Part shown: positions 14,301 to 28,940 of the stretch, one piece after another
Layout: each line of letters starts with the position of its first letter
Numbering within the stretch: position 1 is the stretch's first letter
NCBI GenBank assembly: GCA_964016885.1
Contig: OZ024759.1
Coordinates: 186,001-250,000, forward strand
DNA length: 64,000 nt
Direction: 5' to 3'
DNA from: Eledone cirrhosa
Taxonomy: Eukaryota
Program-made: the position numbers and the translations under genes
Notes under the pieces: model-generated
What the model saw: the letters and a program-made list of their open reading frames with translations, nothing else
The model's database searches: none
Told to the model about the DNA's origin: nothing

Positions 14301-17300
14301 GTCTATATTAGTAACATGACAAAGTCTATATTAGTAACATGACTGTCTATATTAGTAACATGACAAAGTCTATATTAGTAACATGACAAAGTCTATATTA
14401 GTAACATGACAGTCTATATTAGTAACATGACACAGTCTATATTAGTAACATGACACGGTCTATGTTAGTAACATGACAAAGTCTATATTAGTAACATGAC
14501 ACAGTCTATATTATTAACATGACAAAGTCTATATTAGTAACATGACACAGTCTATATTAGTAACATGACATAGTCTATATTAGTAACATGACATAGTCTA
14601 TATTAGTAGCATGACAGTCCATATTAGTAGCATGACAAAGTCTATATTAGTAACATGACAAAGTCTATATTAGTAACATGACACAGTCTATATTAGTAAC
14701 ATGACAGTCTATATTAGTAACATGACACAGTCTATATTAGTAACATGACACAGTCTATATTCGTAACATGACAAAGTCTATATTAGTAACATGACACAGT
14801 CTATATTATTAACATGACAAAGTCTATATTAGTAACATGACACAGTCTATATTAGTAACATGACATAGTCTATATTAGTAACATGACATAGTCTATATTA
14901 GTAGCATGACAAAGTCTATATTAGTAACATGACAAAGTCTATATTAGTAACATGACACAGTCTATATTAGTAACATGAGAAAGTCTATATTAGTAACATG
15001 ACACAGTCTATATTAGTAACATGACAAAGTTTATATTAGTAACATGACACAGTCTATATTAGTAACATGACACAGTCTATATTAGTAACATGACAAAGTC
15101 TATATTAGTAGCATGACAAAGTCTATATTAGTAACATGACAAAGTCTATATTAGTAACATGACATAGACTATATTAGTAACATGACAAAGTCTATATTAG
15201 TAACATGACAGTCTATATTAGTAACATGACAAAGTCTATATTAGCAACATGACACAGTCTATATTAGTAACATGACAAAGTCTCTATTAGTAACATGACA
15301 AAGTCTATATTAGTAACATGACAAAGTCTATATTAGTAACATGACAGTCTATATTAGTAACATGACAAAGTCTATATTAGTAACATGACAAAGTCTATAT
15401 TAGTAACATGACAGTCTATATTAGTAACATGACACAGTCTATATTAGTAACATGACACGGTCTATATTCGTAACATGACAAAGTCTATATTAGTAACATG
15501 ACACAGTCTATATTATTAACATGACAAAGTCTATATTAGTAACATGACACAGTCTATATTAGTAACATGACATAGTCTATATTAGTAACATGACATAGTC
15601 TATATTAGTAGCATGACAAAGTCTATATTAGTAACATGACAAAGTCTATATTAGTAACATGACACAGTCTATATTAGTAACATGAGAAAGTCTATATTAG
15701 TAACATGACACAGTCTATATTAGTAACATGACAAAGTCTATATTAGTAACATGACACAGTCTATATTAGTAACATGACACAGTCTATATTAGTAACATTA
15801 CAAAGTCTATATTAGTAGCATGACAAAGTCTATATTAGTAACATGACAAAGTCTATATTAGTAACATGACACAGTCTATATTAGTAACATGACAAAGTCT
15901 ATATTAGTAACATGACAGTCTATATTAGTAACATGACAGTCTATATTTATTAACATGACAAAGTCTATATTAGTAACATGACAAGGTCTATATTAGTAAC
16001 ATGACAAAGTCTATATTAGTAACATGACAAAGTCTATATTAGTAACATGGCAATGTCTATATTAGTAACATGACAAAGTCTATATTAGTAACATGGCAAA
16101 GTCTAAATTAGTAACATGACAAAGTCTATATTAGTAACATGTCAAGGTCTATATTAGTAACATGACAAAGTCTATATTAGTAACATGACAAAGTCTATAT
16201 TAGTAACATGACAGTCTATATTAGTAACATGACAAAGTCTATATTAGTAACATGACACAGTCTATATTAGTAACATGACAAAGTCTATATTAGTAACATG
16301 ACAGTCTATATTAGTAACATGACAGTCTATGTTAGTAGCATGACAAAGTCTATATTAGTAACATGACACAGTCTATATTAGTAACATGACAGTCTATATT
16401 AGTAACATGACAAAGTCTATATTAGTAGCATGACAAAGTCTATATTAGTAACATGACACAGTCTATATTAGTAACATGACAAAGTCTATATTAGTAGCAT
16501 GACAAAGTCTATATTAGTAACATGACAAAGTCTATATTAGTAACATGACAAAGTCTATATTAGTAACATGACAGTCTATATTAGTAACATGACAGTCCAT
16601 ATTAGTAGCATGACAAAGTCTATATTAGTAACATGACAAAGTCTATATTAGTAACATGACACAGACTATATTAGTAACATGACACAGTCTATATTAGTAA
16701 CATGACACAGTCTATATTAGTAACATGACAAAGTCTATATTAGTAACATGACAGTCTATATTAGTAGCATGACAAAGTCTATATTAGTAACATGACAAAG
16801 TCTATATTAGTAACATGACAAAGTCTATATTAGTAACATGACAGTCTATATTAGTAGCATGACAAAATCTATATTAGTAACATGACAAAGTCTATATTAG
16901 TAACATGACAAAGTCTATATTAGTAACATGACAGTCTATATTAGTAACATGACAGTCCATATTAGTAGCATGACAAAGTCTATATTAGTAACATGACAAA
17001 GTCTATATTAGTAACATGACACAGTCTATATTAGTAACATGACACAGTCTATATTAGTAACATGACACAGTCTATATTAGTAACATTACAGACTATATTA
17101 GTAACATGACACAGTCTATATTAGTAACATGACAAAGTCTATATTAGTAACATAACATAGACTATATTAGTAACATGACAAAGTCTATATTAGTAACATG
17201 ACAGTCTATATTAGTAACATGACAAAGTCTATATTAGCAACATGACACAGTCTATATTAGTAACATGACAAAGTCTCTATTAGTAACATGACAAAGTCTA

Positions 17301-17400
17301 TATTAGTAACATGACAAAGTCTATATTAGTAACATGACAGTCTATATTAGTAACATGACAAAGTCTATATTAGTAACATGACAAAGTCTATATTAGTAAC
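11350..17400. repeat. Dispersed copy of about 1-5960 (offset about 11.35-11.44 kb, shifting by whole-monomer indels)
   Basis: Markers in the same order: GATAGTC (31/11384), GGCAATGTCTATATTCGTAAC (near 1860/13255), GACACGGTCTATGTTAG (TATGTT at 3021/14461), GTCTAAATTAG (1911/13307 and 4661/16101), AACATAAC (5760/17154). Confidence 0.85.
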
Positions 17401-17859
17401 ATGACAGTCTATATTAGTAACATGACACAGTCTATATTAGTAACATGACACGGTCTATATTAGAAACATGACAAAGTCTATATTAGTAACATGACACAGT
17501 CTATATTATTAACATGACAAAGTCTATATTAGTAACATGACACAGTCTATATTAGTAACATGACATAGTCTATATTAGTAACATGACATAGTCTATATTA
17601 GTAGCATGACAAAGTCTATATTAGTAACATGACAAAGTCTATATTAGTAACATGACACAGTCTATATTAGTAACATGAGAAAGTCTATATTAGTAACATG
17701 ACACAGTCTATATTAGTAACATGACAAAGTCTATATTAGTAACATGACACAGTCTATATTAGTAACATGACACAGTCTATATTAGTAACATGACAAAGTC
17801 TATATTAGTAGCATGACAAAGTCTATATTAGTAACATGACAAAGTCTATATTAGTAACA

Positions 17860-20800
17860 TGGCAAAGTCTAAATTAGTAACATGACAAAGTCTATATTAG
17901 TAACATGTCAAGGTCTATATTAGTAACATGACAAAGTCTATATTAGTAACATGACAAAGTCTATATTAGTAACATGACAGTCTATATTAGTAACATGACA
18001 AAGTCTATATTAGTAACATGACACAGTCTATATTAGTAGCATGACAAAGTCTATATTAGTAACATGACACAGTCTATATTAGTAACATGACAAAGTCTAT
18101 ATTAGTAACATGACAGTCTATATTAGTAACATGACAGTCTATGTTAGTAGCATGACAAAGTCTATATTAGTAACATGACACAGTCTATATTAGTAACATG
18201 ACAGTCTATATTAGTAACATGACAAAGTCTATATTAGTAGCATGACAAAGTCTATATTAGTAACATGACACAGTCTATATTAGTAACATGACAAAGTCTA
18301 TATTAGTAGCATGACAAAGTCTATATTAGTAACATGACAAAGTCTATATTAGTAACATGACAAAGTCTATATTAGTAACATGACAGTCTATATTAGTAAC
18401 ATGACAGTCCATATTAGTAGCATGACAAAGTCTATATTAGTAACATGACAAAGTCTATATTAGTAACATGACACAGACTATATTAGTAACATGACACAGT
18501 CTATATTAGTAACATGACACAGTCTATATTAGTAACATGACAAAGTCTATATTAGTAACATGACAGTCTATATTAGTAGCATGACAAAGTCTATATTAGT
18601 AACATGACAAAGTCTATATTAGTAACATGACAAAGTCTATATTAGTAACATGACAGTCTATATTAGTAGCATGACAAAATCTATATTAGTAACATGACAA
18701 AGTCTATATTAGTAACATGACAAAGTCTATATTAGTAACATGACAGTCTATATTAGTAACATGACAGTCCATATTAGTAGCATGACAAAGTCTATATTAG
18801 TAACATGACAAAGTCTATATTAGTAACATGACACAGTCTATATTAGTAACATGACACAGTCTATATTAGTAACATGACACAGTCTATATTAGTAACATTA
18901 CAGACTATATTAGTAACATGACACAGTCTATATTAGTAACATGACAAAGTCTATATTAGTAACATAACATAGACTATATTAGTAACATGACAAAGTCTAT
19001 ATTAGTAACATGACAGTCTATATTAGTAACATGACAAAGTCTATATTAGCAACATGACACAGTCTATATTAGTAACATGACAAAGTCTCTATTAGTAACA
19101 TGACAAAGTCTATATTAGTAACATGACAAAGTCTATATTAGTAACATGACAGTCTATATTAGTAACATGACAAAGTCTATATTAGTAACATGACAAAGTC
19201 TATATTAGTAACATGACAGTCTATATTAGTAACATGACACAGTCTATATTAGTAACATGACACGGTCTATATTAGAAACATGACAAAGTCTATATTAGTA
19301 ACATGACACAGTCTATATTATTAACATGACAAAGTCTATATTAGTAACATGACACAGTCTATATTAGTAACATGACATAGTCTATATTAGTAACATGACA
19401 TAGTCTATATTAGTAGCATGACAAAGTCTATATTAGTAACATGACAAAGTCTATATTAGTAACATGACACAGTCTATATTAGTAACATGAGAAAGTCTAT
19501 ATTAGTAATATGACACAGTCTATATTAGTAACATGACAAAGTCTATATTAGTAACATGACACAGTCTATATTAGTAACATGACACAGTCTATATTAGTAA
19601 CATGACAAAGTCTATATTAGTAGCATGACAAAGTCTATATTAGTAACATGACAAAGTCTATATTAGTAACATGACACAGTCTATATTAGTAACATGACAA
19701 AGTCTATATTAGTAACATGACAGTCTATATTAGTAACATGACAGTCTATATTAGTAACATGACAAAGTCTATATTAGTAACATGACAAGGTCTATATTAG
19801 TAACATGACAAAGTCTATATTAGTAACATGACAAAGTCTATATTAGTAACATGGCAATGTCTATATTAGTAACATGACAAAGTCTATATTAGTAACATGG
19901 CAAAGTCTAAATTAGTAACATGACAAAGTCTATATTAGTAACATGTCAAGGTCTATATTAGTAACATGACAAAGTCTATATTAGTAACATGACAAAGTCT
20001 ATATTAGTAACATGACAGTCTATATTAGTAACATGACAAAGTCTATATTAGTAACATGACACAGTCTATATTAGTAGCATGACAAAGTCTATATTAGTAA
20101 CATGACACAGTCTATATTAGTAACATGACAAAGTCTATATTAGTAACATGACAGTCTATATTAGTAACATGATAGTCTATATTAGTAGCATGACAAAGTC
20201 TATATTAGTAACATGACACAGTCTATATTAGTAACATGACAGTCTATATTAGTAACATGACAAAGTCTATATTAGTAGCATGACAAAGTCTATATTAGTA
20301 ACATGACACGGTCTATATTAGTAACATGACAAAGTCTATATTAGTAGCATGACAAAGTCTATATTAGTAACATGACAAAGTCTATATTAGTAACATGACA
20401 AAGTCTATATTAGTAACATGACAGTCTATATTAGTAACATGACAGTCCATATTAGTAGCATGACAAAGTCTATATTAGTAACATGACAAAGTCTATATTA
20501 GTAACATGACACAGTCTATATTAGTAACATGACAAAGTCTATATTAGTAACATGACAGTCTATATTAGTAACATGACAAAGTCTATATTAGTAACATGAC
20601 AGTCTATATTGTAACATGACACAGTCTATATTTGTAACATGACACAGTCTATATTAGTAACATGACAAAGTCTATATTAGTAACATGACAGTCTATATTA
20701 GTAACATGACAAAGTCTATATTAGTAACATGACAAAGTCTATATTAGTAACATGACAAAGTCTATATTAGTAACATTACAGACTATATTAGTAACATGAC

Positions 20801-22040
20801 ACAGTCTATATTAGTAACATGACAAAGTCTATATTAGTAACATGACATAGACTATATTAGTAACATGACAAAGTCTATATTAGTAACATGACAGTCTATA
20901 TTAGTAACATGACAAAGTCTATATTAGCAACATGACACAGTCTATATTAGTAACATGACAAAGTCTCTATTAGTAACATGACAAAGTCTATATTAGTAAC
21001 ATGACAAAGTCTATATTAGTTACATGACAGTCTATATTAGTAACATGACAAAGTCTATATTAGTAACATGACAAAGTCTATATTAGTAACATGACAGTCT
21101 ATATTAGTAACATGACACAGTCTATATTAGTAACATGACACGGTCTATATTAGTAACATGACAAAGTCTATATTAGTAACATGACACAGTCTATATTATT
21201 AACATGACAAAGTCTATATTAGTAACATGACACAGTCTATATTAGTAACATGACATAGTCTATATTAGTAACATGACATAGTCTATATTAGTAGCATGAC
21301 AAAGTCTATATTAGTAACATGACAAAGTCTATATTAGTAACATGACACAGTCTATATTAGTAACATGACAAAGTCTATATTAGTAACATGACACAGTCTA
21401 TATTAGTAATATGACAAAGTCTATATTAGTAACATGACACAGTCTATATTAGTAAAATGACACAGTCTATATTAGTAACATGACAAAGTCTATATTAGTA
21501 GCATGACAAAGTCTATATTAGTAAGATGACAAAGTCTATATTAGTAACATGACACAGTCTATATTAGTAACATGACAAAGTCTATATTAGTAACATGACA
21601 GTCTATATTAGAAACATGACAGTCTATATTAGTAACATGACAAAGTCTATATTAGTAACATGACAAGGTCTATATTAGTAACATGACAAAGTCTATATTA
21701 GTAACATGACAAAGTCTATATTTGTAACATGGCAATGTCTATATTAGTAACATGACAAAGTCTATATTAGTAACATGGCAAAGTCTAAATTAGTAACATG
21801 ACAAAGTCTATATTAGTAACATGTCAAGGTCTATATTAGTAACATGACAAAGTCTATATTAGTAACATGACAAAGTCTATATTAGTAACATGACAGTCTA
21901 TATTAGTAACATGACAAAGTCTATATTAGTAACATGACACAGTCTATATTAGTAGCATGACAAAGTCTATATTAGTAACATGACACAGTCTATATTAGTA
22001 ACATGACAAAGTCTATATTAGTAACATGACAGTCTATATT
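17860..22040. repeat. Dispersed copy of about 7195-11375 (offset 10665 bp)
   Basis: GTCTAAATTAG at 7202, 9240 and 11118 recurs at 17867, 19905 and 21783, with identical spacings of 2038 and 1878. AACATAAC recurs at 8301/18966. Confidence 0.9.
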
Positions 22041-25000
22041 AGTAACATGACAGTCTATATTAGTAGCATGACAAAGTCTATATTAGTAACATGACACAGT
22101 CTATATTAGTAACATGACAGTCTATATTAGTAACATGACAAAGTCTATATTAGTAGCATGACAAAGTCTATATTAGTAACATGACACAGTCTATATTAGT
22201 AACATGACAAAGTCTATATTAGTAGCATGACAAAGTCTATATTAGTAACATGACAAAGTCTATATTAGTAACATGACAAAGTCTATATTAGTAACATGAC
22301 AGTCTATATTAGTAACATGACAGTCCATATTAGTAGCATGACAAAGTCTATATTAGTAACATGACAAAGTCTATATTAGTAACATGACACAGTCTATATT
22401 AGTAACATGACACAGTCTATATTAGTAACATGACACAGTCTATATTAGTAACATGACAAAGTCTATATTAGTAACATGACAGTCTATATTAGTAACATGA
22501 CAAAGTCTATATTAGTAACATGACAAAGTCTATATTAGTAACATGACAAAGTCTATATTAGTAACATTACAGACTATATTAGTAACATGACACAGTCTAT
22601 ATTAGTAACATGACAAAGTCTATATTAGTAACATGACATAGACTATATTAGTAACATGACAAAGTCTATATTAGTAACATGACAGTCTATATTAGTAACA
22701 TGACAAAGTCTATATTAGCAACATGACACAGTCTATATTAGTAACATGACAAAGTCTCTATTAGTAACATGACAAAGTCTATATTAGTAACATGACAAAG
22801 TCTATATTAGTAACATGACTGTCTATATTAGTAACATGACAAAGTCTATATTAGTAACATGACAAAGTCTATATTAGTAACATGACAGTCTATATTAGTA
22901 ACATGACACAGTCTATATTAGTAACATGACACGGTCTATATTAGTAACATGGCAAAGTCTATATTAGTAACATGACACAGTCTATATTATTAACATGACA
23001 AAGTCTATATTATTAACATGACACAGTCTATATTAGTAACATGACATAGTCTATATTAGTAACATGACATAGTCTATATTAGTAGCATGACAAAGTCTAT
23101 ATTAGTAACATGACAAAGTCTATATTAGTAACATGACACAGTCTATATTAGTAACATGAGAAAGTCTATATTAGTAACATGACACAGTCTATATTAGTAA
23201 CATGACAAAGTCTATATTAGTAACATGACACAGTCTATATTAGTAACATGACACAGTCTATATTAGTAACATGACAAAGTCTATATTAGTAGCATGACAA
23301 AGTCTATATTAGTAACATGACAAAGTCTATATTAGTAACATGACACAGTCTATATTAGTAACATGACAAAGTCTATATTAGTAACTTGACAGTCTATATT
23401 AGTAACATGACAGTCTATATTAGTAACATGACAAAGTCTATATTAGTAACATTACAAGGTCTATATTAGTAACATGACAAAGTCTATATTAGTAACATGA
23501 CAAAGTCTATATTAGTAACATGGCAATGTCTATATTAGTAACATGACAAAGTCTATATTAGTAACATGGCAAAGTCTAAATTAGTAACATGACAAAGTCT
23601 ATATTAGTAACATGTCAAGGTCTATATTAGTAACATGACAAAGTCTATATTAGTAACATGACAAAGTCTATATTAGTAACATGACAGTCTATATTAGTAA
23701 CATGACAAAGTCTATATTAGTAACATGACACAGTCTATATTAGTAGCATGACAAAGTCTATATTAGTAACATGACACAGTCTATATTAGTAACATGACAA
23801 AGTCTATATTAGTAACATGACAGTCTATATTAGTAACATGATAGTCTATATTAGTACCATGACAAAGTCTATATTAGTAACATGACACAGTCTATATTAG
23901 TAACATGACAGTCTATATTAGTAACATGACAAAGTCTATATTAGTAGCATGACAAAGTCTATATTAGTAACATGACACAGTCTATATTAGTAACATGACA
24001 AAGTCTATATTAGTAGCATGACAAAGTCTATATTAGTAACATGACAAAGTCTATATTAGTAACATGACAAAGTCTATATTAGTAACATGACAGTCTATAT
24101 TAGTAACATGACAGTCCATATTAGTAGCATGACAAAGTCTATATTAGTAACATGACAAAGTCTATATTAGTAACATGACACAGTCTATATTAGTAACATG
24201 ACACAGTCTATATTAGTAACATGACACAGTCTATATTAGTAACATGACAAAGTCTATATTAGTAACATGGCAAAGTCTATATTAGTAACATGACAAAGTC
24301 TATATTAGTAACATGACACAGTCTATATTAGTAGCATGACAAGGTCTATATTAGTAGCATGACAAAGTCTATATTAGTAGCATGACAAAGTCTATATTAG
24401 TAACATGACAAGGTCTATATTAGTAACATGACACAGTCTATATTAGTAACATGACAAAGTCTATATTAGTAACATGACAGTTTATATTAGTAACATGACA
24501 AAGTCTATATTAGTAACATGACAAAGTCTATATTAGTAACATGACAGTCTATATTAGTAACATGACAAAGTCTATATTAGTAACATGACATAGACTATAT
24601 TAGTAACATGACAGTCTGTATTAGTAACATGACAAAGTCTATATTAGTAACATGACAGTCTATATTAGTAACATGACAAAGTCTCTATTAGTAACATGAC
24701 AGTCTATATTAGTAACATGACAAAGTCTATATTAGTAACATGACAGTCTATATTGTAACATGACACAGTCTGTATTAGTAACATGACACAGTCTATATTA
24801 GTAACATGACAGTCTATATTAGTAACATGACAAAGTCTATATTAGTAACATGACAAAGTCTATATTAATAACATGACAAAGTCTATATTAGTAACATGAC
24901 AAAGTCTATATTAGTAGCATGACACAGTCTATATTTGTAACATGACAAAGTCTATATTAGTAACATGACACAGTCTATATTAGTAGCATGACACAGTCTA

Positions 25001-26989
25001 TATTAGTAACATGACACAGTCTATATTAGTAACATGACAGTCTATATTAGTAACATGACAAAGTTTATATTAGTAGCATGACAAAGTCTATATTAGTAAC
25101 ATGACACAGTCTATATTAGTAACATGACAGTCTATATTATTAAATGACACAGTCTATATTAGTAACATGACAAAGTCTATATTAGTAGCATGACAAAGTC
25201 TATATTAGTAACATGACAGTCTATATTAGTAACATGACAAAGTCTATATTAGTAGCATGACAAAGTCTATATTAGTAGCATGACACAGTCTATATTAGTA
25301 ACATGACACAGTCTATATTAGTAACATGACACGGTCTATATTAGTAACATGACAAAGTCTATATTAGTAGCATGACAAAGTCTATATTAGTAACATGACA
25401 AAGTCTATATTAGTAACATGACACAGTCTATATTAGTAACATGACAAAGTCTATATTAGTAACATGATAAAGTCTATATTAGTAACATGACACGGTCTAT
25501 ATTAGTAACATGACAAAGTCTATATTAGTAACATGACACTGTCTATATTAGTCACTTGACAAAGTCTATATTAGTAACATGACACAGTCTATATTAGTAA
25601 CATGACACAGTCTATATTAGTAACATGACAAAGTCTATATTAGTAACATGACAGTCTATATTAGTAACATGACAGTCTATATTAGTAACATGACAAAGTC
25701 TATATTAGTAACATGGCAATGTCTATATTAGTAACATGACAAAGTCTATATTAGTAACATGGCAAAGTCTAAATTAGTAACATGACAAAGTCTATATTAG
25801 TAACATGTCAAGGTCTATATTAGTAACATGACAAAGTCTATATTAGTAACATGACAAAGTCTATATTAGTAACATGACAGTCTATATTAGTAACATGACA
25901 AAGTCTATATTAGTAACATGACAGTCTATATTAGTAACATGATAGTCTATATTAGTAGCATGACAAAGTCTATATTAGTACCATGACAAAGTCTATATTA
26001 GTAACATGACAAAGTCTATATTAGTAACATGACAAAGTCTATATTAGTAACATGACAGTCTATATTAGTAACATGACAGTCCATATTAGTAGCATGACAA
26101 AGTCTATATTAGTAACATGACACAGTCTATATTAGTAACATGACACAGTCTATATTAGTAACATGACACAGTCTATATTAGTAACATGACACAGTCTATA
26201 TTAGTAACATGACAAAGTCTATATTAGTAACATGGCAAAGTCTATATTAGTAACATGACAAAGTCTATATGAGTAACATGACAAGGTCTATATTAGTAAC
26301 ATGACACAGTCTATATTAGTAACATGACAAAGTCTCTATTAGTAACATGACAGTCTATATTAGTAACATGACAAAGTCTATATTAGTAACATGACAGTCT
26401 ATATTGTAACATGACACAGTCTATATTAGTAACATGACACAGTCTATATTAGTAACATGACAGTCTATATTAGTAACATGACAAAGTCTATATTAGTAAC
26501 ATGACAAAGTCTATATTAATAACATGACAAAGTCTATATTAGTAACATGACAAAGTCTATATTAGTAGCATGACACAGTCTATATTCGTAACATGACAAA
26601 GTCTATATTAGTAACATGACACAGTCTATATTAGTAACATGACAAAGTCTATATTAGTAACATGACAAAGTCTATATTAGTAGCATGACACAGTCTATAT
26701 TAGTAACATGACACAGTCTATATTAGTAACATGACAGTCTATATTAGTAACATGACAAAGTCTATATTAGTAACATGACAAAGTCTATATTAGTAACATG
26801 ACACAGTCTATATTAGTAACATGACAGTCTATATTATTAAATGACACAGTCTATATTAGTAACATGACAAAGTCTATATTAGTAGCATGACAGAGTCTAT
26901 ATTAGTAACATGACAGTCTATATTAGTAACATGACAAAGTCTATATTAGTAGCATGACAAAGTCTATATTAGTAGCATGACACAGTCTA

Positions 26990-28940
26990 TATTAGTAACA
27001 TGACACAGTCTATATTAGTAACATGACACAGTCTATATTAGTAACATGACAAAGTCTATATTAGTAGCATGACAAAGTCTATATTAGTAACATGACAAAG
27101 TCTATATTAGTAACATGACACAGTCTATATTAGTAACATGACAAAGTCTATATTAGTAACATGATAAAGTCTATATTAGTAACATGACACGGTCTATATT
27201 AGTAACATGACAAAGTCTATATTAGTAACATGACACTGTCTATATTAGTCACTTGACAAAGTCTATATTAGTAACATGACACAGTCTATATTAGTAACAT
27301 GACACAGTCTATATTAGTAACATGACAAAGTCTATATTAGTAACATGACAGTCTATATTAGTAACATGACAGTCTATATTAGTAACATAACAAAGTCTAT
27401 ATTAGTAACATGACATAGACTATATTAGTAACATGACAAAGTCTATATTAGTAACATGACAAAGTCTATATAAGTAACATGGCAATGTCTATATTAGTAA
27501 CATGACAAAGTCTATATTAGTAACATGGCAAAGTCTAAATTAGTAACATGACAAAGTTTATATTAGTAACATGTCAAGGTCTATATTAGTAACATGACAA
27601 AGTCTATATTAGTAACATGACAAAGTCTATATTAGTAACATGACAGTCTATATTAGTAACATGACAAAGTCTATATTAGTAACATGACAGTCTATATTAG
27701 TAACATGATAGTCTATATTAGTAGCATGACAAAGTCTATATTAGTACCATGACAAAGTCTATATTAGTAACATGACAAAGTCTATATTAGTAACATGACA
27801 AAGTCTATATTAGTAACATGACAGTCTATATTAGTAACATGACAGTCCATATTAGTAGCATGACAAAGTCTATATTAGTAACATGACAAAGTCTATATTA
27901 GTAACATGACACAGTCTATATTAGTAACATGACACAGTCTATATTAGTAACATGACACAGTCTATATTAGTAACATGACACAGTCTATATTAGTAACATG
28001 ACAAAGTCTATATTAGTAGCATGACAAAGTCTATATTAGTAACATGACAAAGTCTATATTAGTAACATGACACAGTCTATATTAGTAACATGACAAAGTC
28101 TATATTAGTAACATGATAAAGTCTATATTAGTAACATGACACGGTCTATATTAGTAACATGACAAAGTCTATATTAGTAACATGACACTGTCTATATTAG
28201 TCACTTGACAAAGTCTATATTAGTAACATGACACAGTCTATATTAGTAACATGACACAGTCTATATTAGTAACATGACAAAGTCTATATTAGTAACATGA
28301 CAGTCTATATTAGTAACATGACAGTCTATATTAGTAACATAACAAAGTCTATATTAGTAACATGACATAGACTATATTAGTAACATGACAAAGTCTATAT
28401 TAGTAACATGACAAAGTCTATATAAGTAACATGGCAATGTCTATATTAGTAACATGACAAAGTCTATATTAGTAACATGGCAAAGTCTAAATTAGTAACA
28501 TGACAAAGTTTATATTAGTAACATGTCAAGGTCTATATTAGTAACATGACAAAGTCTATATTAGTAACATGACAAAGTCTATATTAGTAACATGACAGTC
28601 TATATTAGTAACATGACAAAGTCTATATTAGTAACATGACAGTCTATATTAGTAACATGATAGTCTATATTAGTAGCATGACAAAGTCTATATTAGTACC
28701 ATGACAAAGTCTATATTAGTAACATGACAAAGTCTATATTAGTAACATGACAAAGTCTATATTAGTAACATGACAGTCTATATTAGTAACATGACAGTCC
28801 ATATTAGTAGCATGACAAAGTCTATATTAGTAACATGACAAAGTCTATATTAGTAACATGACACAGTCTATATTAGTAACATGACACAGTCTATATTAGT
28901 AACATGACACAGTCTATATTAGTAACATGACAAAGTCTAT
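26990..28940. repeat. Tandem duplication, period 952 bp
   Basis: GTCACTTGAC at 27248/28200 and GTCTAAATTAG at 27533/28485. The TATAAGTAAC, AACATAACAAA and AAGTTTATA variants are also doubled. Confidence 0.88.
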
